A DNA stretch of 64,000 nt, from the NCBI GenBank assembly GCA_951406725.2, contig OX597832.1, positions 64,356,001-64,420,000 on the forward strand. The letters are read 5' to 3'. Origin of the DNA: Octopus vulgaris (Eukaryota). Position 1 is the stretch's first letter. Each line of letters starts with the position of its first letter. Positions 42,515 to 56,970 of this stretch are shown here, piece after piece. Both the position numbers and the translations under genes were made by a program. Below the pieces are notes generated by a model. That model made no database searches and had not been told where the DNA came from. It saw nothing but the letters and a program-made list of their open reading frames with translations.

Positions 42515-43505
42515 AAAGCCAGAAGTTGAATACGGACAATTTTGTTTGCATTTTCAAACTAATTTCCAATCAATGAAATTTAAATTGGCCAAGAAAACGT
42601 TTAGGATTAAAAACTTCATCGAATTTATTTCAACATTGAGTAGGAAAATGTAAATTAAAAATACTCACATTTACATAAATCAATTATTCCTATAAAACCA
42701 AATTAAAATTAGTCATTTCCCCAACAAACTAATTTAAACTCTATAACAGTAAAATTTATACCATGATTGGTGTATATATCTGTACCTAATATATGTGTAT
42801 AAACAAAATGAAACGTTTTACATACGGACACATATATACTTACATTAGCACACTCAGACGCACGCACACTCACACACACATGCACACACACACACACATA
42901 CACACACACACACACTCATATATATATATATATATAAATACGCATATCTACATATATGTATCTGTGTTTGTGCAAGTATGTATGAATGTATGTATACCGT
43001 TTGTCGAGCTGTGGTAGGGAACAAACACGAGCATAAACACACATATATTATATAAGCATATATAAATACCTACATATACGTGTATATAAATACACACACA
43101 CACATATATATGTATGTATGCATTTTTCTATATATCCTCATATATCCTCATAATATATATTCTCATAAATATACAAACCTATACACCTATATATAATGTA
43201 TAATCCCATATTTATGTATGCAGACAAATTTGTGAAGGTGTTTTGCAATGTCTGTAACTATTTATCTCCACTTTCGGACAAACGCATGCACTCATAGAAT
43301 CATGCATATTGAGACGCAATGCGAAAGACATCCTTCAGACACAGCAACAAACACAATCAGAAGACAAAACTGTATATAATGTCAGGGCGATCAATGAATA
43401 TATCGTATTTAGCGAAGGCAAAATAATTAATCTTACCAAATGGACACCGCAATAGCATTGCGTTTAAAACGAGATGTGCGTACACCCAAACGCACATATA
43501 CAATA

Positions 43506-43548
<43 letters not shown>

Positions 43549-43576
43549 GTGTGTGTGTATAAATGTATGTATATAT

Positions 43577-44030
<454 letters not shown>

Positions 44031-44122
44031 CTCCTCTCAACATGACTGTTCATCTATTGAGCTTTATTATTTAAGCTTACGTTGATTCCTCTGTGATGTT
44101 GTTTTGTATTTATATTCAAATA

Positions 44123-44630
44123 TCAGGTCATCCTACAAGTTCTGTCCGAATTTTGAATAAAGAAGACAAGTGATCAAATGTTATACTTAATTGAAATTTA
44201 ATCATCAATGTACCTTCTCCGATTATCTATGACTTCCTTCCGTCTGTTTACAAGCTTTTTAATCCCATCAATGTGAAGCTCTTTTGGTTTCAAAGCGAAG
44301 AACTCTGAAATGTCAGTTTCGACCTCCTCCTGGCTCGCGAAAGTTATCTCCCCTAAATGATTCTATAAACTACGAAACAAATGGTAGTCTGAAGGAGCAA
44401 GGTCGGGAGAATAAGGTGAATGAGGAATTTTTTTCCCAACCAAGCTCTTTAATCTTCTGTGATGTGATCTTTGCAGTGTGAGGTCGCGCATTGTTCTGAA
44501 GAAACATCGCTCCTTTTCGATTCACTGAAGCAGGTCTTTTTTCTTCAAAGCTTGGTTCAAATGCTCTATTTGCTGACAGTAGACTTGAGGATTGAATGTT
44601 GCATTAGGTGGTAACAATTCAAAGTGAACC
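44123..44630 (-). mobile_element. Mariner transposase 3' half plus TIR, pseudogenised
   Basis: Minus translation HFELLPPN..VYCQQ..NNARPHTAK..ELGWE..PHSPYSPDLAPSDYHLFRSL*NHL...; terminates at a TA. Confidence 0.9.
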
Positions 44631-45163
44631 TTTTCCCCATGACGTTCCCTTCTCGGTTATGCGCATACACACATATCCACACACACACACACACACATAC
44701 AGATACTGCCACCTCGCTGCCTAGCACTAATAATATTAAAAGTTCTTTCCACTGTAGGCGCAAAGCCAGCAATTTTCGCAGGTGGGGACAAGTCGATTAC
44801 ATCGATCCCCCAGTGGTCAACGTAAGAGATGAAATGGCAATATTGATCTTGGAGGCATTTGGACTCAGAACGTATTTATTTTTACAACTATGAAACATAA
44901 AAAGAAATAAAATAAATAAATAATGAAAAGAATGTAAGGTGCCAATGATCCCAGAAGTGAAACTAGTTTCACAATAATAGGAAAATATGTTAGTAATTTA
45001 AATAGATTCAAGCGCAAAACGAAAAAAAAAAAGAGTGACGCAGTGTATATAAAGAAAATAATCAGAATAACAAGAATACTAAGAAATAAATAAAAGGAAA
45101 AAAACGAACAAGAATATGGTAAGAAGCGTTATAAAAAGTATAAAGAGGAATGAAACTACTTAC

Positions 45164-45357
45164 ATTTCTTGTTTGGGAACTTCTGTCTTCGCAGAACAAG
45201 CGCAAAGTAATTTTGTTTGTATGTTTGTCTGCGTCGATTTTCTTTAAAAGTGTTACATTTTCTGTACCTGGGTCGTATTTAACATAGACACTTTTTTCAC
45301 TGTGTACTTGTTTTATAAGATTCCAGTCGCGGAATTTTACTTGGCCAATTACGGAAC
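45164..45357 (-). CDS. Cadherin-family gene, internal coding exon (194 nt, phase 1 to phase 0), most of an N-terminal-type cadherin (EC) repeat
   Basis: Minus strand: pyrimidine tract ...ttttctatattcttcgccaacag| acceptor and AAT|gtaagt donor. Translates (G)SVIGQVKFRDWNLIKQVHSEKSVYVKYDPGTENVTLLKKIDADKHTNKITLRLFCEDRSSQTRN, with the cadherin 'GSVIG' strand, an 'IDAD' (LDRE-like) motif and a Cys resembling EC1 of PCDH15/Cad99C-type cadherins. Confidence 0.85.
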
Positions 45358-45646
45358 CTGTTGGCGAAGAATATAGAAAACGTAAATAATGGTACAAAAA
45401 AAAAAGAAAGATAAAGACAACATAAAACGAATGGATATATAACAACAACATCAACAACAAAAGTAACAATAATAATAACTAGTGGGACTCGTGGAAATTC
45501 CAGAGAACGTAAAAGGTTAAAAGAAGCTATTTAAGAAAGACTGGAAGATTTGCATTTTTATCATTATTTTGCGAAGTTCTTTCACTTCCAGTCGCAATAA
45601 TATATTATACGATCTTAAAATTTTCCTCTGCTAAGCACTTTATATT

Positions 45647-45698
<52 letters not shown>

Positions 45699-46334
45699 TC
45701 CACCTCTTCAATAAATTTTCTAACCGTGTAATTTCCCTCATCAGATCTTTAACATTTCTCTCTTTCTCTTCCTCTCTCACTTCCACTAACCATAGGAGTG
45801 ACAACATAATGCATCGGCTGGCTATCTGCTTTCTCACTCACTTACACATTTACACTTCCTCTCCCTCTCCATCTCCCCTCTATAACAAATTAAAGCGTAA
45901 AGTGTGAATAAACAGGTAGAAGAATAATATAATAGATTTAGGTCTATAACACAAATTCTTTTCATTATCAACACACCGCCACCATCTTTATCATCACCAC
46001 TATAGTTTTCAGTAACAAAGTCCATTTCCTCCTCTCTCACTTTTACTCCACACCCCTTTCTAACAAAAGTATAACGAGTGAACGAACAAACAAATTATTA
46101 TAAAGATGATTTAAGATTTTGGTAAGTCGATTACAGTGTTCAACTGATATTTATTATAGCGACCCCAAAATGAAGAATGCAAAGTCAGCCGCGATGTAAT
46201 TTGAACTCAGAACGTAAAGACAGACGAAATGTCGCTAGGCATTTTGCCTGGCAAACTAACGATTTGGCCAGCTTGCCGTCTTAACAACAAAAATAACAGC
46301 AACAGCAAAAGCATCAACATCAACAGAGGAAATA

Positions 46335-46497
46335 GGCAGAACTCCTAGTTTAGTACAACTCCAGGATGAAGTATTATCAGGGGCAGTGGGGATATTCAGG
46401 AAGGCTCTTGCCATCTAAGATTACTTGTAGCTCGATGCTGAGAATTTTTTTCCCACAGTTAAATCCGCTGTGCGTAAATGAAATAATAATCATAATC
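46335..46497 (+). mobile_element. 3' tip of an RLE-type (R4/Dong-like) LINE ORF with (AAT) tail
   Basis: Translates GRTPSLVQLQDEVLSGAVGIFRKALAI*, resembling the 'LQK.VLLGT..ILRK.L' C-terminus of restriction-like-endonuclease LINEs. Ends aaataataatcataat. Confidence 0.5.
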
Positions 46498-46724
46498 CAT
46501 CCAACTAAGTCTCAAGGCTAGAAAGGTTGAGGGTAATTTTGAGGGGAAGTACGGGAGAGGACATTAACCACAGTGTTTGACTGATATTTGCTTTGAAGGC
46601 CATGGAAAGATGAAAGGAACTGTTGACCACAGCGGAACTTGAGCTTAGAATGTAAAGAGTCAGAAAACAGACAACAAAGCATTTTTTCCGACGTTAACAA
46701 TTGTCAGGTCACCTCTCTCCAGGA

Positions 46725-47078
46725 ATTGGCGTGCGACCGTGCTGGACCAGCGATTTGAAGGGTTTAGTCGAACAAATAAAATCCGGTGCTAATTTATTTT
46801 TTAAAGTTTTGTACTTATTCTATGGATTTTTTTCTTTTTCTTTTTACCGAAATGCTACAGCAGAGGGATGTAAATAAACCAACATCGATAGTCAAATCAT
46901 GGAGGATGAAAACACAGGGGGACACACAAACACACGTATACAAAGTAATCTTTTTAGCAAATGCGCTTACACGACATTCGTTGGCCCCGGGGCTGCATTA
47001 GGGGTCGTCACACTGTAGGACCAAACACACGAAACCAGGTGATTGCAAAGGGAGTTGCTTAAACCACTTAGCCATGCT
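46725..47078 (-). mobile_element. SINE family A, old copy
   Basis: gcgaccgtgctggaccagcg..tttagtcgaacaaat..gtacttattctat..taaaccaacatcg. Confidence 0.55.
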
Positions 47079-47153
47079 TGTAACTATATGCACGCGCACA
47101 CACAGACGCACATATATAGTGTATGCATATGCATATATGTATGTACATATAAT

Positions 47154-47209
<56 letters not shown>

Positions 47210-47386
47210 GAGTGTATATAAATATATAGTATATGTATAATGTATATAGTAAGTTTAAAATATTTATATATATGGATGCATGTCTCTCTTTTACTATATA
47301 CATATGTGTGTATGTATGTATATATATATATGTCTGTATATAAGCATATATATATATATGTATATTTGTGTGTGTATGTATGCATG

Positions 47387-47419
<33 letters not shown>

Positions 47420-47471
47420 ATGTATGTATGCATATATACATATGTATGTGTACATATATGTATTATGTATG

Positions 47472-47556
<85 letters not shown>

Positions 47557-47923
47557 GTATGCATGTATTCGTGTGAATGTATTTTCAGTTGCATTACCAC
47601 ATCGGCGTGTTTTCCCCTTTGCATTATCTCATTCATCTCTCTGATATATTACTACTTATAACGACATTCTGTTATGTAATAAAGGAACGAAAAGTTGGCT
47701 TGGTTGTCATTCGCATTACTTTCTGCGAAGATTTAGCTCTTTTGATCTCATAAAGACATAGCCTTTTGTATTATTATGAGATATGTGTCTATCTTGCCAT
47801 TTTACGTGACCAATATTATCGTAACGATATTTATCTTAATGTGGGATATAGTTTTTACGCAATATACATGATTTCTTGACATGGTCACGCTACATGTTAT
47901 TCAGAAGGTATTAAATATATTAA

Positions 47924-48022
<99 letters not shown>

Positions 48023-48214
48023 AATAGATATATTATATCCTGATTGAAGTATTCACATAATTATTGACGCTAGTTCTTATTTTATTGTTTTTGTTCTCTG
48101 CATATTATTTTATTGTGTTTATCCTCTTGTGAAATGCTAGACTGCTATGAACAATTTTCTTTGTATCTTTTACTGTCTTTCATTCTGTTAGGTTCTTTAT
48201 ACACACACACACAC

Positions 48215-48247
<33 letters not shown>

Positions 48248-48330
48248 CACACAAATATATATATATATATATTTACGCATGTACATACTCGTCCATACAC
48301 TGTTTCTCCAACGTGTACGACCGTTCACTT

Positions 48331-48372
<42 letters not shown>

Positions 48373-48402
48373 GAGACACACATACATACCCACATATATA
48401 TA

Positions 48403-48443
<41 letters not shown>

Positions 48444-48630
48444 ATAAATGGTAATTTGCTAGAGCAGTTAGTGAGTCGTATAGAAGTATTGCATTAATTC
48501 TTCTGCTATTCTGCGCTGTGCATCCAAATCTCAATGACTTTTGTGCTTTATTTCCGATGTCGATAAATAAAGTATCATTAGAGTCCAGTTTTTCGACTAC
48601 ATTTTCTTCTGCCTGTCTGTCTCTCTGTCG

Positions 48631-48669
<39 letters not shown>

Positions 48670-49625
48670 GATAACCTCACAATCACCACCACTAATTCGT
48701 TTAGCGATCATCACCATTACCGACTGATCTATCACAAAGATTGTTAACCCCACAGTTTCCAGTATCCTCAACACAAACCATCACAACTGATACCACAAGG
48801 AGGATTTACACTATCACCAATACCTAGAACAACTGGCACTCCGTCGCTTACGACGAGCATTCCAGTTGATTTGACCAACAGAACAACCTGCACGCGAAGT
48901 TAACATGCAAGTGGCCGAGTACTCCACAGACACGCATAACTTTGACGTAATTCTCACCGAGATTCATTGAGACACAGAATATGACCAGAATGGCCCTTCC
49001 AAATGCATTTTTGCCAGCTTAGTGGACTTGAGCAGCGTGAAGTAAAATGTCTTGCTCAAGGAATCGGAAGCCAGGAATCGAAGCCGAATAACGTAAGCAC
49101 TAAGCGACGTGAATTCACTCCTAAAATCTCAACAACAGCAGAACCATTCCTGCTGCATCAAATAACATCAATGTAATTAGTCCTTTCACCGTATTTCCAT
49201 TAAACTCATAACCACCAACCATTACACTCATCATGGCTACATTCCCTTCCGCTTTTCACAACACCTCGCCATAAAGACAGCACTCCTGCTGCTATTGTCG
49301 CCGCCACTACTGACCCTACTGCTAATTTTAGAAGCCCTACGACCGATCCTCGCCACTAATAATTCTTCACTTACCGCTACAGTACCATTAATGAGATCAC
49401 GCTACTGGCACGCAACCACTACCAAGAACAACTACAGCACTAAGCACTCTCAATATGGTGCTCCTCGTGAAAAAAACACCACCACCACCACCGCCGTCGC
49501 AGCTACCAACCCCAAAACCAAGAAAAATACACCGCCAGCCCTACTATCACCCTCTGAAAGTAGCAAAAAGAATCTAATAAATAATACGATACAAACAGTT
49601 TTATATATATGTGTGTGTGTATGTG

Positions 49626-49658
<33 letters not shown>

Positions 49659-49921
49659 TTGTGTGTGTGCATACTATTTCTATATATTTTATGTAACATC
49701 ACCATTTCCTACCATTTCATAACAATTTGACAGCAGATATGCGCCATATTTATTATGAAATGTATATTTGTAGTTAAAGGAGAGAAAAAAAACGGCAATA
49801 AAAAAATGTCTAGAAAAAAAAATGAAATAAATAAATCAACAAACCGTGTTCATTGCCCTTTTTATGTAAATACTGAAACACAGTGCCAAAAATATAGACT
49901 ATTAGGAAAAAAGTGCTTCGA

Positions 49922-49952
<31 letters not shown>

Positions 49953-50218
49953 CATACATACACATACACACACACATACATACATACATACATATATATG
50001 TATATATATATGCGATACACATGTTTATGTATATACATATATATAAACGTATGTGAATCACTCACAGACACACACACATATATATATATATATAGTATGA
50101 GTTATTGATATATGTATGTATACTTATATACGAATATGTTTATGCATTTATATATTTATATAAATATTATCTGGTGACATGTACATATATTATTTCAGCG
50201 TATATATATCATCTCCGT

Positions 50219-50330
<112 letters not shown>

Positions 50331-50954
50331 TTACATACACATATGCATAACATCTATGTGTGTGTGTATGTCTGTGCATACATTCACATATATACATATA
50401 TAAAACATTTACATGTTTGTATCTGTATATATATGTGTGTGTGTGTGTTACATGTACACCCCGCATATACACCCACTGCTTAGAACGCAGCTAACCCATA
50501 CTCCCTGTATATAAAATAAAAATCAGTAAGAGACATAGAGATCGCTAGAATTCTGCTGACTAGTGTATCAAATCCATTTAAATCAAAACAATATATTATA
50601 AGAAATGAATGAAGCTAAATTTGACAAGTCTGTGTTCACTCAAAATAAATAACATATATAAATAAAACAAGAAAATAAAGTAAATAACTCGAATAATAAA
50701 ACAGCGCTAAATGTCGATAAACGTGTTGTTTCGGCTGGTGTTTGTTTGTGTCGTTGAAAACATCGCCATAATGGCAGTGGTAGTTTCGAAATGTGTTAAT
50801 ATTCTAGTTGTTAAGATTGTTGTTGTTGCTCTTGCTGCAGTTCGCAGAGTTGCAGAAATGCTAAATCGCGAAGAAAAGAAAAAAAAAAAAAAACCCAAAA
50901 CACTGTCTTGTGGAATTTATCCTGCTTTTCTTTCTTTTTTTTTTTTTTTGTTTT

Positions 50955-51905
50955 TCATTCTGAGTTCAAATCTGACCACTGTGATTTAGATTGTCTTTTA
51001 TCCGTTTGGAATCTTTTGAATAAAAAACTAGTTAAATGCTAAGGTTGAATGTTATCGATTCTTCCACCTTCTTGCAAAACTTCTGCTTCTTGTGACCATC
51101 ACAGCGAATTTCGGGGTTAATAAAAATATACAAATCCGAGGCAGTGGAGTAGCGGAACATCGGACAAGATTTCAAGTTCAGATCCTGTCGTGGTCTACTT
51201 AGGCAGTATCCTTATTCAGTCACCCAGTTTAAGACCATCATCATTCTTTCGGGGTCCATAAAATGAGTACCAATCAAATACTGGGGCCGATGTAATCGAC
51301 TTTTTCCTCCCCTCAGTTGACCCTGTGCCAAAATTCCAAAACCCTTTCAGGGTCAATTAAGTACCAGTGATACATTGGGGTCCATGTAATCGAGTAGTCC
51401 TTTCCCAGAAATTTCAGACCTTGTACCTTTAGTAGAAGGAATTATTATTATTATTATTATTATGACTTCGGTAAACGGCAATGAGCTGGCAGAATCGTTA
51501 GCACGCTGGACAAAATACTTAGCGGTATTTCGCCTGTCTCTACGTTCTGAGTTCAAATTTCGCCGAGGTCGACTTTGCCTTTCATCCTTTCAGGATCGAC
51601 AAACTAGATACTAGTCACCCACCTCCCCGAAAATTTCAGGCTTTGTGCCTTTACTTGAAAGGATTAATATTATTATGATTGCGTTGAAAGGCAGCGAGTT
51701 TTTAGAAACGTTTGCATGCCGGGTAAAATGCTCAGCGACATTTCGTCCGTCTTTTCTTTTCTGAGATCAAATTCCATCGAGGTCGACCTAGTCTTTCACC
51801 CTTTCATGATCGATAAATTCAATACCATTCATCACTGGAATCGATGTAATCGACCTTCCACTTCAAGCCAGAATTTCAGGCCTTGTGCTTATAGCAGAAA
51901 GAATG
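50955..51905 (+). mobile_element. Cluster of about five head-to-tail SINE family B copies/fragments
   Basis: Recurring ttctgagttcaaatt..gaggtcgac..tttcatcctttc..gtaccag..gatgtaatcgac..ccttgtgcc..gaaaggatt. Confidence 0.82.
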
Positions 51906-52249
51906 TTTATTCTTGCGTAAATTTTCGATTGATAATGTTGCCATGTTGTTAGTCTCCTTGTTTTACTGCTTTTTGTGATTTTTTAATCTCAGCGTAAACC
52001 TGAATGAGTTATGACTACAGTCAATCCAACCATGGCCTTCTCCCCTTTTTATTCTTACCGGGTAATCCTACTCTAACTTATTCAGCACACTCTTGGTATT
52101 TGGTGGTGTTGTGGTTGTTGTCGATGATAGTTGTTATTTTTGTATTGTGGTTGTCGTCACTGCTACTATGTTGTTCTGGCTAAAGTTATTGTTGCTATGG
52201 CAGCCTATATCGATCTCGTTGCATATATACTTGGCATATTGATCCTTTA

Positions 52250-52911
52250 TTTAGTCTTTTAACTGTTTCAGTCACTGAACTACGGCCATACTAGAGTACT
52301 GACTTGAAGCGTTTAGTCAAATAAATCGATTCCATTACCTATTCAAAGCCTGCTACTTAATTTATTATCCTTTCAGGATCCTTTACATTACGAGGCGATA
52401 AACAAACCATCACCGTTTGTCAGCCAATGAGAAATAAACACAACACAATAACACATAGACAAATACACACACACCCATCCAGCACACGAACACACATACA
52501 CACACAGAATTTGCTTCCGCACCGATTCCGTCGGCCATATTTACTAAATTCATTCAGAAGTCATTTTTGACAAAGGTCTATAGTAGAATACATTTACGAG
52601 GTACCAAGTAGTGGGACTGAACCCCAGACCATGTGGTTGTGAAGCGTACTTCTTTATCACAGCCAAATCTTTGATTGTGAACTTTGTATTGTTATTGTTG
52701 TTTTGTAAACTTGCGTAATTCGAGTGCGGCCTTGATTGTTAAGCTGTATGATCAGTGGCTGAATAGTAAGTAGTTTACTTACCAACGACATGGTTCCGGG
52801 TTCAGTCCCACTGCATGGCACCTTAAGAAAATGTCTTATACTATAGCCTCGGGCCGACCAAAACCTTGTGAGTGGATTTGGTAGACGGAAACTGAAAAAA
52901 GCCCGTCGTGA

Positions 52912-52947
<36 letters not shown>

Positions 52948-53538
52948 GGCAGTTTGTCTGTGCGTGTTTCTGTGTGTCTGTTTGCTTGTACCCTCACCCT
53001 GACCACGGCTTTCAACCGATTCTGATGAAACTTGACACACACATAGCCCAATGTCTTAATTCAAAACTAAGGCAGCGAAAATTTTGAAAAGTTCCCCCAG
53101 TTCTGAAAAAATCAATAAATTCGACATGGGGTCGAGAATTAGAAACACGAACCACAAACTGTCTAGGGGACGCAACTCCACCTTTTTTAAATCTCAAAAA
53201 AAAATTTTCCATCATTTTTTTCCATTTTTTTGCTATTTTTTGGCTATCACTCTCTAAAAATGCTTTATAGTTATTTCCCTTACAAACCTGAGCAACGCCG
53301 GGCGATACTGCTAGTATATATATATATATATGTTTGTGTGTCTGTGTTTGTCTTCCCCATCGCTTGCAACCGATGTTGGTGTGTTTACGTTCCTGTAACT
53401 TAGCGGTTCGGCAACACAGACCGATAGAATAAGTACTAGGCTTACGAAAAATAAGTCTTGGGGTCGATTGTTCGATTAAAGGCGGTGCTCCAGCATGGCT
53501 GCAGTCAAATGACAGAAGCATATAAAAGAATAAAAGAG
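52250..53538. mobile_element. Inverted SINE family A pair (52250-52663 minus; 52755-53538 plus, interrupted by a Helitron)
   Basis: gtgggactgaaccccagaccatgtgg (minus head) and catggttccgggttcagtcccactgc (plus head) lie about 150 bp apart. Confidence 0.82.
52935..53314 (+). mobile_element. Non-autonomous Helitron, copy 2, nested in the (TA)n of a SINE
   Basis: Ends ...cctgagcaacgccgggcgatactgCTAG|t. Splits SINE-A 52755-53538 at its internal microsatellite. Confidence 0.85.
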
Positions 53539-53710
53539 AAAATAGTCCCACTCATGACCAACGCATTGTATTGTCCTTTGCTTTAGCGACCTAATATTAT
53601 CACTAACTTCATATCCTAACTACTGCTTACTTTTAAAGACGGTGGATCGTGCATCAGCGGGGTTGCCGTCTCTAAATTCTTCTCTCTTTAATTTCACTCA
53701 CCTTGTCAGT

Positions 53711-53756
<46 letters not shown>

Positions 53757-54046
53757 ATGTCTGTCTGCTTACATCTGCCGAACAGGTTATGTCTCTGGCT
53801 ATGTGTACCTACATATATGTGCATCTACGTACAATATGTATGTATGTATATGTGTGTGTGTATGTGTATATGTGTATGTAAATGTGTATGTATGTATGTG
53901 TGTGTCTGTCTATATATGTATGTATGCATGTAGGTGTGCGTGTATATATATGTAGATATGTATGTATGCGTATGTATATATATGTTTGTGTGTCTGTGTG
54001 TGTATGTGTGTATGTATGCATGTACGTGTATGTATGTATGTATGTA

Positions 54047-54081
<35 letters not shown>

Positions 54082-54394
54082 TTGTGTATGTCTACCGTTT
54101 TTCTTTGTTTCTGTGTCTCTCTGTCAGGTTGTTTTCGTTTGTCGATTCTTAATTCCTGCCAGCCTGTCCCTGTCTTTTATCTCCCATCTATCTCTCCGTC
54201 AGTCTACCTGCCTGTCTGTCTGTCTGTTTATCCCCTCCCCTCCCTCTGTCTCTCTCTCTCACTCTCTCTCTCTCTCTCTTCTCTCTTTGTACATTTATCA
54301 CTTTCTGACTATATCCAAGTCTGCCTCTGTCACAGTTACGCACACAGATATACACTCTCTTTCTCTCGCTCACCACATTCTCTCTCTCTCTCTT

Positions 54395-54442
<48 letters not shown>

Positions 54443-55271
54443 TCTCTCTCCCTCTCGCTCGCAGTCACACATTCACACACACTCTCCGTTTTCTCCTCAA
54501 TACTACAGTTTCTTAAAATGCAGAAATACAAGACAAAACCAGCAAATAGCGTTACATCTTCCATCAAATTCCCACATACACACACATACTCGCGCATACA
54601 AACACACAGACTGCCTCACACAATATCACAGACGCACACAAACAGACACACACACCTACACACAACCACCCACGAGACAATATAAACAATTAAAAAAACA
54701 AAACCGAAACTTCAAGAAAAATCAAACTATAATAAAACTAATGATAAAATTAAAATATAAATAACAAACAGAGATCGATGAAGAATAATCGATGAGAGAA
54801 ATAATCACATTCAGTTTAAACATTGAATAAATTCAATGGTAAAGTGGCTGGACGTCTGTCTGTGTGTCTGTCTAACAGACAGACGGTAGGTATGTGTGTA
54901 TATGTCGGTAGGAAGCTATCTGTGTATGCGCGTGTATACGTATTTGTATGTGTGTATATACGTATGTATTTGTGTGTATGTATGTCTCTTCTATTTCTTA
55001 ATTATTATAAACCTTCCTCTGAGGAGGGAGTCGGCCTCCATGTATGTATGTATCTATGTGTGTATGGATGGATGGATGGATGGAGGGATGGATATGCGTG
55101 TGTGTGTGTGTGCATGTGTGTATGGATGGATGGATATGCGCGCGCGTGTGTGTGTGTGTGATGTATATACGATGTTATTAACTTCTACTTATTTTGTAGG
55201 GTGTCGTCGTAAGACAACTCGTCTTGAATATTTGCAGCGTAGCAGAAGTCGTCCTTCTTTATGTCGGTAAA

Positions 55272-55620
55272 AAGAAGAAGAAGAAGAAGAAGAAGAAGAA
55301 GAAGAAGAAGAAGAAGAAGAAGAAGAAGAAGAAGAAGAAGAAGATGAAGTAGAAGAAGAAGAAGAAGAAAGAGATGAGAAAATTGAAGGGGAAAGAAATG
55401 GCGAGAAGACGAAGGAGTTGAGAGAAAGAAAAAAGAAGAAAAAGAAGATAAGGCGATGAAAATACAGATAGAGAAAAGGAAGAAGGAAAAAGTTGTAGAA
55501 GGAGAGGGAAAGGTTAAGAAAAGAAATTATAGGATAAGAAAACGGAAAGAAGAAAAACAAGAGAAGAGAAGGAAAAAGTAGAAAAGAGGAAGTCAAACAA
55601 AAGAAGAAGGAAGAAGAAAG
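55272..55620. repeat. (GAA)n and polypurine tract
   Basis: Direct inspection. Confidence 0.93.
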
Positions 55621-55696
55621 GAGTACGTTAGCGGTGGGTCTTGAAAGAATGAAACTGAATTCAGAACGGAGGGAGATGTGACGAATTTATTCTTTT

Positions 55697-55996
55697 TATG
55701 CTCCCTTTTCAAGCCTAGCCAGGCTCATGGGACCGGTTTCCCGGTCTCTATGGCGTATGTGTTCCCCCCAGCTGTACAGTACGCCAGCCCATCGCAGCGT
55801 TACCCAAAAAACACGAAGAAAGAGTGAGAGAAAGTTGGGACGAAAGAGTACAACAGGGGTCGCCACAACCCCCTGCCGGAGCCTCGTGAAGCTTTTAGGT
55901 GCTTTCGCTCAATAAACACTCACAAAGCCCGGTCTGGGAATCGAAACCGCAATCCTCGAGTCCGCTGCCCTAACCACTGGGCCATTGCGCCTCCAC
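55697..55996 (-). mobile_element. tRNA SINE: head X + tail Q
   Basis: Minus: ggaggcgcaatggcccagtggttaggg..cacctaaaagc..gtactcttt, then gggtaacgctgcgatgggctggcg..aaaagggagcataa. Confidence 0.85.
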
Positions 55997-56024
55997 GATG
56001 TGACGATTAGATGCAAAATATAAT

Positions 56025-56451
56025 ATCCTTTCTGGAAGGAGAAGGCATCAAATTTGTGGGGAGATGAGTCGATTACATAGGCTCATGTATAATCTTTTCT
56101 ACTCTAGCACAATGCCCAAAATTTTGGGAGAGTGGGCCAGTCGATTAGATCGACCTCAGTACGCAACTGGTACTTATCAACCCCTGAAGGGATGAAATCG
56201 GCAGAATTGGAACTCAGAACATAGCGATGGTCGAAATACCTTTTCTACTCTAGGCACAAGGCCTGAAATTTTTGGGAGGGGGCCAGCCGATTAGATCGAC
56301 CCCAATATGCAACTGGTATTTAATTTATCGACCCCGAAAGAATGAAAGGCAATGTCGAACTCGGTGGAATTGGAACTCAGAACGTAGCGACGATCGGGGT
56401 ACCATTAAGGATTTCGTCCAGCGTGCTAACCATTCTGCCAGCTCACCACCT
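56025..56451 (-). mobile_element. SINE family B cluster (one full copy plus repeated tail pieces)
   Basis: tttctactctag(g)cacaa..gattagatcgacc..gcaactggta..ggaactcagaac is repeated; ends ttctgccagctcaccacctt. Confidence 0.82.
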
Positions 56452-56647
56452 TGAGACGCCAAATATTATCTCTCTCTTTAACAACTCTGCAAACGCGTTT
56501 GCATTATTTATGTGCATTTATGTACACACGTGTGCATCTATGTGTGTTTGTGTGTATGTGTATGTGTGTGTATTTATGTACGTATGTATCTTTGTGTTTC
56601 TGCGTACATGAGCGTATGTGTGGATGTGTGTATTTATATCTGGTTGA

Positions 56648-56970
56648 ATGCGCCTGGCTTAGTGTTTATAACATTCGGTCCACGATCGTAGAGTTGTGAG
56701 TTCGATTCCTGGCGGTGCGTCTTAACCTTGAACAAGACACTTTATTTCGCGTTGCTCCAGTGTACTCAACTGGCAAAAATGTGTTGTACCTGTAATCCAA
56801 AGGACCAGTCTTGTCACATTCTGTGTCACGTTGAATCTCCCCGAGAACTACGTTTAAGAGTTATGCATGTCTGTGGAGTACTCAGCCACGTGGACATTAA
56901 TTCCACTGGCAGACTGTTCAGTTGATCGGATCAACTGGACGGTTCGTCGTCATAACCGACGGAGTGCCAT
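56648..56970 (+). mobile_element. tRNA SINE: head + CORE-like block + tail P (second copy at 48835-49112, minus)
   Basis: gagttcgattcc, ccttgaacaagacactttatttc, then ccccgagaactacgtt..tgtctgtggagtactcagccac..ccgacggagtgcc. Confidence 0.8.

Larger units (their letters stand above)
44735..46700 (-). mobile_element. Three degenerate SINE family B copies (44735-44872, 46120-46282, 46517-46700) around the upstream cadherin exon
   Basis: Reversed-family motifs gtcgattaca, atttgaactcagaacgtaaag and tggccagcttgccgtctt. Confidence 0.6.

Noticed and set aside
42709-42787. Minus peptide GTDIYTNHGINFTVIEFKLVCWGND as an alternative cadherin exon (also LDY..ILRLF at 27539-27727)
   Set aside because: In-frame stop before any donor, weak acceptor, superficial similarity only.
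50955-51905. CRISPR-like repeat-spacer pattern
   Set aside because: Units are diverged ~200-bp SINEs; eukaryotic context and no cas genes.
55015-55039. CUGAGGA-ggag/cucc stub (and augauga-gcgga/uccg at ~59305)
   Set aside because: GAAA, stem III and cleavage site are missing; counted only as remnants.
55200-55266. Plus-strand exon-like segment (ttttgtag|...|gtaaaa)
   Set aside because: Weak donor, no recognisable peptide, no partner exons.
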